From positions 768 through 64,767 of IMG/VR virus record IMGVR_UViG_3300021197_001180: 64,000 nt of DNA, one strand, 5' to 3'. The stretch is from a virus. Lineage: Duplodnaviria; Caudoviricetes. The position numbers were made by a program, and so were the translations under genes. The notes below the pieces were generated by a model. That model was not told the DNA's origin, did no database searches, and worked only from the letters and a program-made list of their open reading frames with translations. Every line of letters begins with the position of its first letter. Position 1 is the first letter of the stretch. This document shows, piece by piece, positions 49,884-60,039 of the stretch.

Positions 49884-50783
49884 TTAATCCTCGTACACTT
49901 TAAACATACTAGCTACACCCTTAGGAACTGGAACCTCCTTAGGTTTGAAGTCTAGCTCCTCATCTAACCACTGCTCAGCTTCCTTGGATGTCCTCAACAT
50001 GTAGATTAAATCAAATGTCTCTTGGAATCTCAAGGCTCCATAGCCCTCATCCTCCTCTTCATCTTCATACTTTTCAATATAAAGCTCTAAGACTTTTGAT
50101 GGCCATTGTTCTAGTGGATACTCTTCTAAATATTTCTCGGCTGACTTAGGACCATACAGCTCCTGTAAAGGATACTTTCTGTAAGGTCTTCTGCCATCCC
50201 ATGGTACTGTTTGTAACCAAGCATTGTAGGTTCCAGTTAATGATTCAGATATAGCATGGGAAACTCCTGGGATATTATCCGTCTTGTCTCCTGTTATAAC
50301 CTGCAACCATAAGTTCCTATCACCTTGTTCCTCTGAAATCTCAAAGACCTTATCAGATTTATTTACATTGTAATGTAAGCCAGGGACTTGAAGTAAATCT
50401 TTATCCTCTGTAACTATAACTGATTGTATTCCTCTAGACTTAAAGAACCCTTGGGCTATTGCTAACCCATCGTCTGCTTCAATACCGCTTAATACTTGAG
50501 CGCCCCAGTGTTCTACCATATAATCTCTAATCCTCTGATAGTACTGAGGCTTAGAGGTAGCTTTACGATGACCCTTGTAAGGCCATGTAACTCCTAATAT
50601 ATTCCTGTAGTTCTTAGGGCTATCCGTAAGATAACCTACGTAATGTGTAGCTCCTGCTTTACTTAGCCAACCTTGAAGATACAAATCAACAGTGTTGGTA
50701 ACAGTCTCCCAGTCCTCTTCATCCTCACATGCTTGACCACAGTGGTATACGGGGATGTCGAGATCTAGGATGGCCACCCTCAC
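49884..50783 (-). CDS. 5'-3' exonuclease (T7 gp6-like)
   Basis: ILDLD, YKGHR, EADD, DKDL.QVPG, GDKTDNIPG. Confidence 0.9.
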   Translation of the reverse strand: MRVAILDLDIPVYHCGQACEDEEDWETVTNTVDLYLQGWLSKAGATHYVGYLTDSPKNYRNILGVTWPYKGHRKATSKPQYYQRIRDYMVEHWGAQVLSGIEADDGLAIAQGFFKSRGIQSVIVTEDKDLLQVPGLHYNVNKSDKVFEISEEQGDRNLWLQVITGDKTDNIPGVSHAISESLTGTYNAWLQTVPWDGRRPYRKYPLQELYGPKSAEKYLEEYPLEQWPSKVLELYIEKYEDEEEDEGYGALRFQETFDLIYMLRTSKEAEQWLDEELDFKPKEVPVPKGVASMFKVYED

Positions 50784-51178
50784 AGGGCAACCCTCCATTC
50801 CGATGTGTCAAAGCCATGACGTGGAACATAATCCTCTTCAGTTGACTCTAACATTACAGTCTTAGATGGATAGACTGATTCATTTGGGATAACCCATGCC
50901 ATAGCTTTACCTACGACAAAGAATTCATCTACCTCTACAGGACTGTAGGGTTCAACTACACCATTCCTCATGGTCGTTAAGACTCCAAGAGTATACACTG
51001 TGCCTCTACGGCGATAGGTTCTCTTGGATGCTGTCTTTACCTGTACCTTAGTTGCAACCCCATCCTTCAAAGCAATAAAGTCACAGCGGGGTGTAGAGTC
51101 CATAGGGATGAACACTTCGTAACCACGCTCTGTGTAGTTTGCCATTGCTTTTAATTCGTTTACTGTACCTGTATTAAT
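50780..51178 (-). mobile_element. PD-(D/E)XK homing-endonuclease-like protein; proposed ATT start
   Basis: G..VFIP....CD.I...KVQVKT...Y...EVD.F; upstream in-frame NTGTVNELKA. Confidence 0.7.
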
Positions 51179-51393
51179 TATATTTCCTCCTGTTGTTTAA
51201 GCTCTTCTTGAGTCATCCACTCACCATCTTCTATGTGTCCTTTACTTACAAAGAACATAGGGGTTAGCCAACGACGTTCATACATATAAACATATAGACC
51301 TTTGTAATGAGGACCATACATACCACAAGGTATTGTATAGTCCCTTAGATCCATAAGTTCTTTAAGCTTACTAATTAGTGAGTGTCTGCCCAT
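51178..51393 (-). CDS. Hypothetical protein
   Basis: ORF overlapping the polymerase end. Confidence 0.5.
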   Translation of the reverse strand: MGRHSLISKLKELMDLRDYTIPCGMYGPHYKGLYVYMYERRWLTPMFFVSKGHIEDGEWMTQEELKQQEEI

Positions 51394-53258
51394 GTTGTAC
51401 CTTCCATTGCTTCACCTTCGATTGCTATCCGAGTCTTAAGTTCTTCACCAGCCTGAAGCATTGCAGCCTCACAGACCTGTTTGAATCTTTCAACATCCTT
51501 AATAGCTACATCGAATTGTCCTTCATCGTGGATATTACCTACTGCAAGAACGTCAAGTCCTTCAGCTTCTACTGCCTTCATTACATTACGTAACCAAACC
51601 TTCATGATTATAGCTCCACAACTCTGAAGTAAGCTGTTAAGTGCAGCATGTGCTGACCTAACTTTAACTCTGCGACCATCAATACCCTTAAGCCAACCAC
51701 GTTCAGCAGCATTTAGTACACCCTCTCTAAGTTTCTTAAGTGCTGGTGTGTTGTCAAGGAACCTCTTCTTAAGTCGCTTCCCATCCTTTGATGTTCCGCC
51801 TACTATAGATCCTATCTTAGCATCACCTGCTCCATATAAGAAAGCATATATGAAAGTCTTAGCTTGATTCCTAAAGTCTAACCCTGCTGCATGTTGGTTC
51901 GCAGTATGGATATCACCTGTTAAGATTAAGTCTGTGTACTCTGGGTCATTCATGTAGTGGGCTAAACAGCGAAGCTCAAGACCACTAGCATCACAGCCAA
52001 TTTGTTTCCTTCCTTCAGGTACAGTGAACAAAGCTCTACAGTCTGCACCATATGCACCTTCGAATCCCCAAAGTAACTTACCTTCCTTGTCTACTTTAGA
52101 TGCTGGAACCTGTGCTAAGTTAGGACCACTATGTGTCATCCTGCCTGTCACTGCCCCTAAGGTATTCACATACCCATGGATTCTATTAGTATCATCATTG
52201 AAGTTCTCTATCCATGAAGTTATCATAGACATACGTTTGGTTACCATGAAGTAATCAGCCAGTAATGTAGCCTCAGGGAACTGATCCCTGATAGCATCTA
52301 ACACTGGTTCATTAACTACTATGTTACCATTGTCCGTAAGAACCTTAGGCTTCCAGCCTCGATGTAACAACTGTTCAGCTATCTGTTGCCTACTACCTAG
52401 ATTAAACTCAGGCCAGTCAATCCTGGTGAAGCTACCACTAAGGTACTCCCTACCATACTGACCTTCAATATAATCAGGCTCAGGTATCAAGTCTTTAAAG
52501 TCCTCAAGGAACTTAAGACCCACCGAGCTTACACCTCCAGCCTTCAAGGCTCTAGGTTGTATCTCTTTGATCTGTTTAGGTAAAGGCTTAAAGGTCTTAT
52601 GCACTTCATCCTCAAGCTCCTGTATCTTCTCAGCTAACTGAGCGGATAACTCACAGGCTCCACGGATATTAAAGTACCAACCATTAGATTGTTGTTGAGC
52701 AATGTAACCAGCTATATCCATCTCTAGTTCTATGGAGTATTCTGTGAAACCTGATAACTCCTTCCTTAGAAGATTGTAAACTTCTACATTAACTCTTACA
52801 TCTTGTTGACAATACAATAACATCTCTTCACTGAATGTTTCCCAACCAGCATCCTCACCGAAGTCCCCTTTGTTTGCCTTGGCATAGTAGCCTAGGTTCA
52901 TTAAGGTATGTGGACCTACGATCTTCTTCTTCTGGTTGTGTTCATCCCAAACAGTCGTTGGACATTTAGGATGTAGAGACCTGTTCGTGTTACTAAGTCT
53001 ACTCATTACTAGAGTATCCATTAGCTTACCACTGAACTCAAAGTCATAGAGCTTCTTCAGGGCTGGCATGTCGTAGCCTATAATATTGTGGCCTACAAGG
53101 ACATCAGCTTCCTTTAGTTTCTCAAGACCTTTAAGGATCTCATCTGGTCTGTAACTAAATACTTCTCCTGTTCTTACATCCTCAATGACGATGCAGTGTA
53201 TCAGGGACACGGTATCTAATAGACCGTTAGCTTCTATATCGAAGCAATACTCTTTAAT
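51375..53258 (-). CDS. Family A DNA polymerase; proposed ATT start
   Basis: Exo I FDIEANGL upstream of the track start, HNIIGYD, TGRMTH, DASGLELR, AKTFIYAFLYG, IHDE. Confidence 0.95.
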   Translation of the reverse strand: MKEYCFDIEANGLLDTVSLIHCIVIEDVRTGEVFSYRPDEILKGLEKLKEADVLVGHNIIGYDMPALKKLYDFEFSGKLMDTLVMSRLSNTNRSLHPKCPTTVWDEHNQKKKIVGPHTLMNLGYYAKANKGDFGEDAGWETFSEEMLLYCQQDVRVNVEVYNLLRKELSGFTEYSIELEMDIAGYIAQQQSNGWYFNIRGACELSAQLAEKIQELEDEVHKTFKPLPKQIKEIQPRALKAGGVSSVGLKFLEDFKDLIPEPDYIEGQYGREYLSGSFTRIDWPEFNLGSRQQIAEQLLHRGWKPKVLTDNGNIVVNEPVLDAIRDQFPEATLLADYFMVTKRMSMITSWIENFNDDTNRIHGYVNTLGAVTGRMTHSGPNLAQVPASKVDKEGKLLWGFEGAYGADCRALFTVPEGRKQIGCDASGLELRCLAHYMNDPEYTDLILTGDIHTANQHAAGLDFRNQAKTFIYAFLYGAGDAKIGSIVGGTSKDGKRLKKRFLDNTPALKKLREGVLNAAERGWLKGIDGRRVKVRSAHAALNSLLQSCGAIIMKVWLRNVMKAVEAEGLDVLAVGNIHDEGQFDVAIKDVERFKQVCEAAMLQAGEELKTRIAIEGEAMEGTTWADTH

Positions 53259-53270
53259 ATTTCCTCCTTA

Positions 53271-54912
53271 TTATATTAGTTCTTCGCACTGTTCAGCGGA
53301 TAAGTAGTCTTCTCCGTTATTCGCAACAGAACCTTCTCGATACACCATAGTCTCATGACCTGAAGTCTGTGAATGATACTGAGTTGTGTTAGATTGTTCA
53401 TATACAATATCTATATAAGTATCTAAATTCTCTTCATCTCCGTAGATAGAAGCATATACATTCATATCAGTTCCTCCACTGACGCACCATGATTATCAAT
53501 GATGTTAGATAAAGATAAAGAAGAGGCTGTAAGATCATCGAAGCGTTCATCAACATGAGGATTATAAAGTAAACCACGGTGGGCATTGCTATCCATGTCT
53601 TCAGCTTCTATAAGATATGTCCAGTTACCTAATTCAAAGTAATAGTATCTCATATCAACTCCTCAGTTTCTGTATAATACCTATGGATATCAGACATTGT
53701 CATAGTCTGGACACCTGGAGTCAGCTGCTCAATACCATAAGTTCCCATAACTTGAGTCCTCTCAGGTCTCGCTATATCATCTTCACCATGGAATATATAG
53801 TCAGTACCTTCTAGGTGTAATTGAAAGTATCTCATATCAACTCCTCCCATCCTCTATGCAAGGGTTCACTATCACGTCTACGATATGCAATAGGTCCCTG
53901 CCAAGAGCTGTCACTATTACCCACAATCCTAACAGCTCCAGGAACCTTAAGATACACAGTACCTGTCTTGTATCTGTAGTACTTACCAACTTGAGCAATC
54001 ATATTAACTCCTCATAGATGGCTTCTTCAGATACACACCATTGATCTTGAGAATCCCATGGTATCTGTTCTCTGGAATTATTCCAAGAACATTCAGTTAC
54101 TAGGCCACAAGGAACCATGAAGTAATCTTCCTCCGATGGATACCAGAACTCTGTGAACTCTTGGACTGCTACTAACATACCTATTTGTACTTCGTCATAA
54201 GTCATATCAATTCCTCCACTCTACGATCTACACGTAAACCTGGCATAGTGTGTTCCAAGTCTTCCTTTTCTATAATCTCAGTATGCTGAGCTCCTTTATA
54301 TTTCTGCTTACAGATAGGATCCCTTCTAGAGTCACTATGATAGGAAACTATAAGAGATCCATTGGTCCTTATATAATTGGCCCATAAATAGTATCTCATA
54401 TCAGTTCCTCCCATCCTAACTGTCCTTGTACCACCTCCCAGTTAGAGAAGGCTATCGTCCATATAGAAGTAGAGGTTTGATACCTAAGAGTTTCTGAGAG
54501 GACTCCATCTTCATTTGGATTATCTGTATATGTAAAGTATCTCATATTAGTTCCTCCACATCACCTACTCTTCTCAATCCCTCGATAGACTTAAGTTGAG
54601 TAAGCCTACCCCGCATAATCTCAGTACTATTACGACGTAACTCCTGACAAGCTACAGGTTTGCTCCGCATCCCATTGAAGTTACTAGCAGTATACTTTGC
54701 TGTAAGTGTTATGCTACTACTATGATATATAAAGTATCTCATATGAGTTCCTCCGTATCCCTGTTTCGCTTACAGACATCAAGAGAAACCCCATCACTAG
54801 GGTCTATCCTCCACATACCTTGGACTCCCATAAAGAAAGTATCAGGATGTTCATAGAAATAATTTCTATATGTTAATTGTGTACCACTTTGGTACCTAAA
54901 GACTCTAACCAT
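53271..54912 (-). CDS. EELI array 3: nine coupled ORFs (54912-54739, 54742-54542, 54545-54396, 54399-54202, 54205-53999, 54002-53832, 53835-53650, 53653-53462, 53465-53271)
   Basis: All end EELI-stop; five begin MRY; two are absent from the ORF track because they are under 60 aa. Confidence 0.85.
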
Positions 54913-54928
54913 AATGGTAGCCTCTTGA

Positions 54929-56623
54929 TTAGTACTCAGTATCCTCGGGATCGTGGAGGAAATGAGAAACTTCTTCGTCGCCCCCAATCTCCAAAAGCCT
55001 ACCAGTCTCTGGGTCAAACCACAGGTGTGTGGCTATACCAGTCTGTCCAGTGTAACGAGACTTCAAGACCCTAACCTTCGTTAGGTTTGCTGCCTTCTCA
55101 CACTGTGCTTGTTGATCCCGCTCAAGTCCAATGACTGCATCACTTAACTGAGCTATAGATTGAGAACCCCTGAGGTGACTTAAGGAAACTTCAGAACCAT
55201 TCTCATGACCTTTGTCCCCACCAACCCTACGAAGGTGGCTCACCAAGAACATTGATATACCTGTCTCTTGAACTAACTGTCTTAGCTTAGTCATGATGGA
55301 GTCTATGTTCTTTCTTTCATCACCACCGTCTTCTTGCGACGAAACCACAATAGATAGATGGTCAAGAATAACACGCTTACATCCAAGAGCTTTAACCATA
55401 TATCTAATTTGAGCGATAAGATTATCACCAGATGTGGAACCGAAGTGATCGTAAGCAACCAACCTACCAGTGCCAGCAGTGGCTTTAAACGCTGCCTTAT
55501 AGTCTTCTTTCGAAACAAGGTCACGATATTTCTTCCTATGTAGTTGAGTGTTACAGTGGATACCCATGATCCCTTGGGTTGTCCTTACTGGTGTCTCCTC
55601 CAAAGCTAAGATACCAATCATATCTTTAGTCTCTGTCAACATCCAGTACTCTAGTTCCCTCATCACTGAGGATTTACCCATGCCACTACCTGAAGTAATG
55701 GTTACGAGTTCAGCATCCCTGATACCATCTAGCATCTCATTCAAACCAGCCCAAGGATATGGGATACTTGGTAACTCATCGTCAGCCAAGAGGTCATCAA
55801 AGATATCTGCTAAGTTAACGATACCATCAGGTGCCATCCTCTTACGATCCCAATAGCAGGATACAAATTCCTTTAAGTCTCCATGCTTAAGGTATTCATT
55901 AGGGTCATTATACTTAACAAGAGGTACTATGTGTGCCTTCCCTGGGGTCAATAGCATTGCTACTTCTTTAGCCTTCTCCTGTCCAGGCTTATCGTTATCG
56001 AAACATATAACAACTTCACCAAATCCTTCAATGAAATCTAAGTTTCTTTTGATATCCTTAACAGCAGAGCCAGTACCATTACATACAGAAACAACAGGGT
56101 CTCTCTTGTTTAGCATGTGGTACACAGACATAGCGTCAATCTCACCTTCAGTTATAACCAACCTCTTACCCTTGGTAGGGAATAGATGTTGACCAAACAA
56201 CCCAGAGTTCTGGTTGCTTCCTAAAGCTAAGATCTGTTTCTTACCTTCAATCCTTTCAGCCTTACAGACCTTACCACCTGACAATACACTACTATCTCGA
56301 TCTCTTAACGGGAAGAATACATCTCCCTTAGAAGTTAACCGTGTTCCGTAGTGTCTTAATATCTGTGCTGGGATATATCTGTGTTGGTCCTGAGAGAACT
56401 CAAATTCCTCGGGGACTTTAAAAGCTGAAGGGTTTGTAGGTGTTGTGGGTCTTTCAGTACCAGTACCATCAGAAGGCAGGAGGATTCCAGCCTGTTCATG
56501 GTATTGTTTGTTATCGAAAGGTGTATTACATTTATGGCAATATGCCCCACCATCAGTATAACTACTCACCGCATCACTTGAACCACATGCCGGACAAGGC
56601 AGTCCTGACTTAACGAAACTCAT
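54929..56623 (-). CDS. Primase-helicase (T7 gp4-like)
   Basis: CPACGSSD Zn finger, TEGEIDAM and [34 protein letters not shown]. Confidence 0.95.
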   Translation of the reverse strand: MSFVKSGLPCPACGSSDAVSSYTDGGAYCHKCNTPFDNKQYHEQAGILLPSDGTGTERPTTPTNPSAFKVPEEFEFSQDQHRYIPAQILRHYGTRLTSKGDVFFPLRDRDSSVLSGGKVCKAERIEGKKQILALGSNQNSGLFGQHLFPTKGKRLVITEGEIDAMSVYHMLNKRDPVVSVCNGTGSAVKDIKRNLDFIEGFGEVVICFDNDKPGQEKAKEVAMLLTPGKAHIVPLVKYNDPNEYLKHGDLKEFVSCYWDRKRMAPDGIVNLADIFDDLLADDELPSIPYPWAGLNEMLDGIRDAELVTITSGSGMGKSSVMRELEYWMLTETKDMIGILALEETPVRTTQGIMGIHCNTQLHRKKYRDLVSKEDYKAAFKATAGTGRLVAYDHFGSTSGDNLIAQIRYMVKALGCKRVILDHLSIVVSSQEDGGDERKNIDSIMTKLRQLVQETGISMFLVSHLRRVGGDKGHENGSEVSLSHLRGSQSIAQLSDAVIGLERDQQAQCEKAANLTKVRVLKSRYTGQTGIATHLWFDPETGRLLEIGGDEEVSHFLHDPEDTEY

Positions 56624-57135
56624 TCTATTTCCTCCCAATCTTTATACAGACTGAGGATCTCACGAGCGTAGTCAATCTTGTCTTTAACATATTGCCCAGC
56701 AGGTTGGTAGGTACTCCATAATTCTAGGTTACTTAATCTATTATCAGACCTGTTACCATTCTTATGATGTACATTCTCGTGTGCCTCTAAACAACGTCCT
56801 AAGTGTTGCTCCATCACTATACGATGATGAGCTTTCCGCTTACCTCCTCTATATACCTGTAAATATCCTCTACAGTCTATCTTAGGTTCTCCATCAATAG
56901 TCCTTAAAGTAATTAGAGGATCTCCATGTCTAAACTGTCTTGTGTAGTGCATATCACATAACCCTTTCGAGTGATGTTCATTCATGCAACCTTCTACACT
57001 ACAACCCACAGTACCTATAACCCTAAAGGGCACTGAAGCTGAGACATGGCCTGTTCTTTTAAGTCTGGAATAATGTCCTGAACAATATCCCTTAGACTTT
57101 GAGGGCTTATCACAGCCCTCAGCATTGCATGTTAT
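56620..57135 (-). mobile_element. HNH homing endonuclease with two CxxxGC Zn-binding repeats; proposed ATA start
   Basis: [22 protein letters not shown]; first repeat [17 protein letters not shown] lies upstream of the track start. Confidence 0.85.
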
Positions 57136-57283
57136 AACTTATTCTCCTAAGTCTAGTAAGGTTGAAGCAAACTTATGGATTGAATTCTTAAGCTCAACTA
57201 ACTCAAGCTCAAGTTCCTCAGTCCTTTCTTTTGCCTGAAGATAACCAGCATATGCTACTGCTAGTTCGTACTCCAGTTCCTCT

Positions 57284-57757
57284 CTAGTACTCTGTTTCTT
57301 CACCAGATTCTTCCGAAGCGGCTTGGAATGTAGGAGCATCATCATAGGCTTCGAATGAGAAAGCACCATTCTCTTCTACGACTTGTAAGGCTACTAAGTA
57401 ATTAGTTATACCAGACTTACCCATCATTGAGTAAGGTTTAGTTGTATAAACAACGTCTACTGTAGAGCCACGAGGGATCTCACGTAGTTGGTTGTCCGAA
57501 TCAACAAATGGTTTAGCATAACGATCAACACAAGCTTTAGGACTTGGCATGTACTTGGTTTTGAACTTAGCTTTGAACTGTTCATTGCCATTATACTCAC
57601 CTTTAGTTACTGATAACCCGTTAGCTTCTGCATCAGCAGCTTGCTCGGCAGTTAGAGTAATTGTAATCTCATACTTGTCACCTTTCTTTCCGTTGAACTC
57701 TGGAAATTCTGTGATGTTGCTGAATAATACTGTACCTAATTGTTTCTTCTGAGTCAT
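57284..57757 (-). CDS. Single-stranded DNA-binding protein (T7 gp2.5-like)
   Basis: EIPRGS.V, YLVALQVVE, acidic tail ending in an aromatic residue. Confidence 0.75.
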   Translation of the reverse strand: MTQKKQLGTVLFSNITEFPEFNGKKGDKYEITITLTAEQAADAEANGLSVTKGEYNGNEQFKAKFKTKYMPSPKACVDRYAKPFVDSDNQLREIPRGSTVDVVYTTKPYSMMGKSGITNYLVALQVVEENGAFSFEAYDDAPTFQAASEESGEETEY

Positions 57758-57765
57758 ATGTTCTC

Positions 57766-57987
57766 CTATTTTAAATTTACGTTATCTAACTTTGCTTTAT
57801 GGAAAGATAACTGGGTATAATAAGGAGACATATTGTTAGCCTCCTCATTACTGAATTGGCTTACGATAGACCATAAGGACTGACGTTCACTTGACATTAA
57901 CAAGCGCTCCTGCCCATTAAAATCTCTCATGTTTTGGTCAGCCCATAGTAGGCCTATGATTTGTTTGTTGCTTAATGATCCGTAGAT
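57766..57987 (-). CDS. Hypothetical protein; proposed ATC start
   Basis: AGGAGGT SD before in-frame ATC; in-frame stop just upstream. Confidence 0.5.
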   Translation of the reverse strand: MYGSLSNKQIIGLLWADQNMRDFNGQERLLMSSERQSLWSIVSQFSNEEANNMSPYYTQLSFHKAKLDNVNLK

Positions 57988-58000
57988 CTGTTGTTACCTC

Positions 58001-58210
58001 CTATTCCAGTTCATGTAAGGGTTCTGAGTCACAGAGTTCTTTATGTAATCGATTATAAATCTTCTCCGTTTCATCATTAAGTTCCGAGTGTAATAAGACC
58101 TTAAAGAACTCAAGCTGTAAGGACTTATAGTCCTGATGTTCCACATAGAAACCTTCAGCCTGGGGTTCCATGCCTCCATTACCATTGTACTCATCAAAAC
58201 GTTTAACCAT
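58001..58210 (-). CDS. Hypothetical protein
   Basis: GAGGAG SD. Confidence 0.6.
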   Translation of the reverse strand: MVKRFDEYNGNGGMEPQAEGFYVEHQDYKSLQLEFFKVLLHSELNDETEKIYNRLHKELCDSEPLHELE

Positions 58211-58221
58211 TCCAGACTCCT

Positions 58222-60039
58222 CTAGACTGTATACCGACGCAACAAGGTAGTCAACTCAGCAACATCACTTGAAGGTACACGGAAAGTGTTACCGTTAATA
58301 GTGAATGAAGTAGTTGCTTGTTGTGCGAGCTGTTGTTGCTCCTGTTGAATTCTGGTGAACTCTGTGGCTGCGATCTTTTGGATGCGAGCCTTGTTGATCC
58401 TGATCTCCTGACTACCATTCAATGGCATCATGATTACTTCATTGTTAGGATGATCAAGACGTACAATTGTACCTACAGTATTCACAGCTAAGCCATGACC
58501 ACCTGCACCAGATACAACCTTTAAGTTCTGGCCGTCCTGAAGGATACCATTACGTGCATCTCGCATCACTGGTTGTGAAGGATCAGCAGGTAATACATCT
58601 GAACTGTTAACTTCACCATCACTGAAGTGAGTAGTGTTATAGAACAGGATATCTTCTTCATGTTGTACACCTAAGTATACAGTACCAGAGTTTGCACCTG
58701 CTCGGATAGCTACGATCTCATGAGTACCTGTCGATAAGACACGAGACTCAGAGGTGAAGGTGGCACGACCTGTTGCATTAACATGGGTGTGATCAGATAA
58801 CATTACCACTCGCTCAGGTGACTCAGGTGGTACATCTAATGATGATAATGTACCATCAGATGGGCCTTCTAATACAACTGCTGGAGCTACTGGAGCTGCT
58901 GGAGCTACTGGAGCTGCTGGAGCTGCTGGAGCTACTGGAGCTGCTGGAGCTACTGGAGCTGCTGGAGCTGCTAAGGTAAAGTGTCGAGGCTGATATGGTG
59001 TTGAAGTACCACGATCATTAGTCACAAAGATAACTGTATTAGATACACGATTAACTGTGTATACATTACCACGTGTTAAGGTAGTAATACGGCTATCTGC
59101 TGGGCTAAAAGTTACTCGTTGACCTACTGCTGCTTGATTGATATTCATTTCTGTACTCTCCTGAGTGATTAAAGTTTCTTCTGTATCTGTTGATTGGGAG
59201 CCTTCAAATTCTGTAGGGTCCCAAGGAGTTATTGGAGTGGATGTTAAGAGTTCATTAAATGCTCTAGCATATCGCTCCAATGTTGTGCCTTCTAAACCAC
59301 AGGCTGTGTTTACTTCTACGATATAGAAACTCTCACGAGTTCTAATGATATCTACTGCACCGAAGTCCAGACCTAAAGAACTTACAGCTCTCACTGCCTG
59401 ATCAAGTACTCGTTGATTCTCCGACAGTTCCTGTAGCCTCTGACCTGAACGGACAAAGATAGTACCAGCGGCATGATTCATTATAGATCTATCACGCTCC
59501 TCACTAGGTACATCACTACGGAATGCTTTCCTTACAGCATCAATGACTACACCATTAACTACATGAACTCTAAACTCATGACGGGTATCAACACCCTTGG
59601 TATACAGAGGTGCTTGTACTACCTCTTCAGGTGTAGTAGCAATAACAATACCATCACCAGAGTTACCCTGTAAAGTGGTACGACAGTAGACTCTATGGCC
59701 TTGCTGTGTCCACTCACATGCAGCATTCCTTGAGGATGTGAATTCTAAGGCATCAACGTTACCTGCATTACTCCAAGTTCTAAAGGCATTTAGTTTGTTA
59801 GATGTTAACCTAACAGCTGAAGGTGCATTAAAGATCCTTGGAGACCCTTGGATATTACAGTTCCTAAGTAGATTAGATCTTGAAGATCCCCAGTTAATGA
59901 CTGTTGATACTGGTCGATTATAATAACCTCGGTCAGCTCTACGGTTAAAGTTCAAGTGACCCATAGCTCCTAAAGCTTCCCCTAAGGCAGTCTTTGAATC
60001 ACTTATACGGTTACCTAAGATCGCTAAGTTTCTAGGCAT
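58222..60039 (-). CDS. ATP-grasp ligase (RimK-like) with long C-terminal extension
   Basis: INWG, SNKL, EFRVHV, LGLDFGAVD, EVNTACG; then SH3-like repeats and PAAPVA linker. Confidence 0.88.
   Translation of the reverse strand: MPRNLAILGNRISDSKTALGEALGAMGHLNFNRRADRGYYNRPVSTVINWGSSRSNLLRNCNIQGSPRIFNAPSAVRLTSNKLNAFRTWSNAGNVDALEFTSSRNAACEWTQQGHRVYCRTTLQGNSGDGIVIATTPEEVVQAPLYTKGVDTRHEFRVHVVNGVVIDAVRKAFRSDVPSEERDRSIMNHAAGTIFVRSGQRLQELSENQRVLDQAVRAVSSLGLDFGAVDIIRTRESFYIVEVNTACGLEGTTLERYARAFNELLTSTPITPWDPTEFEGSQSTDTEETLITQESTEMNINQAAVGQRVTFSPADSRITTLTRGNVYTVNRVSNTVIFVTNDRGTSTPYQPRHFTLAAPAAPVAPAAPVAPAAPAAPVAPAAPVAPAVVLEGPSDGTLSSLDVPPESPERVVMLSDHTHVNATGRATFTSESRVLSTGTHEIVAIRAGANSGTVYLGVQHEEDILFYNTTHFSDGEVNSSDVLPADPSQPVMRDARNGILQDGQNLKVVSGAGGHGLAVNTVGTIVRLDHPNNEVIMMPLNGSQEIRINKARIQKIAATEFTRIQQEQQQLAQQATTSFTINGNTFRVPSSDVAELTTLLRRYTV
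58878..58972. repeat. 9-bp tandem repeat (CTGGAGCT[A/G]) encoding PAA/PVA linker
   Basis: Directly visible, about 10 copies. Confidence 0.9.

Noticed and set aside
51375-53258. Intron or intein in the DNA polymerase, terminase or nrdA
   Set aside because: Motifs are contiguous with normal spacing and no intein C...HN boundaries are seen.
53271-54912. EELI junction repeats read as a CRISPR array or integron attC sites
   Set aside because: Repeats are degenerate at synonymous positions, non-palindromic and 150-210 bp apart with open ORFs between them; no cas or integrase gene is in the window.
4041-56640. Endings GELL (4041), QEEI (51178) and WEEIE (56620) as EELI family members
   Set aside because: They do not match EELI and are explained by an embedded SD alone.
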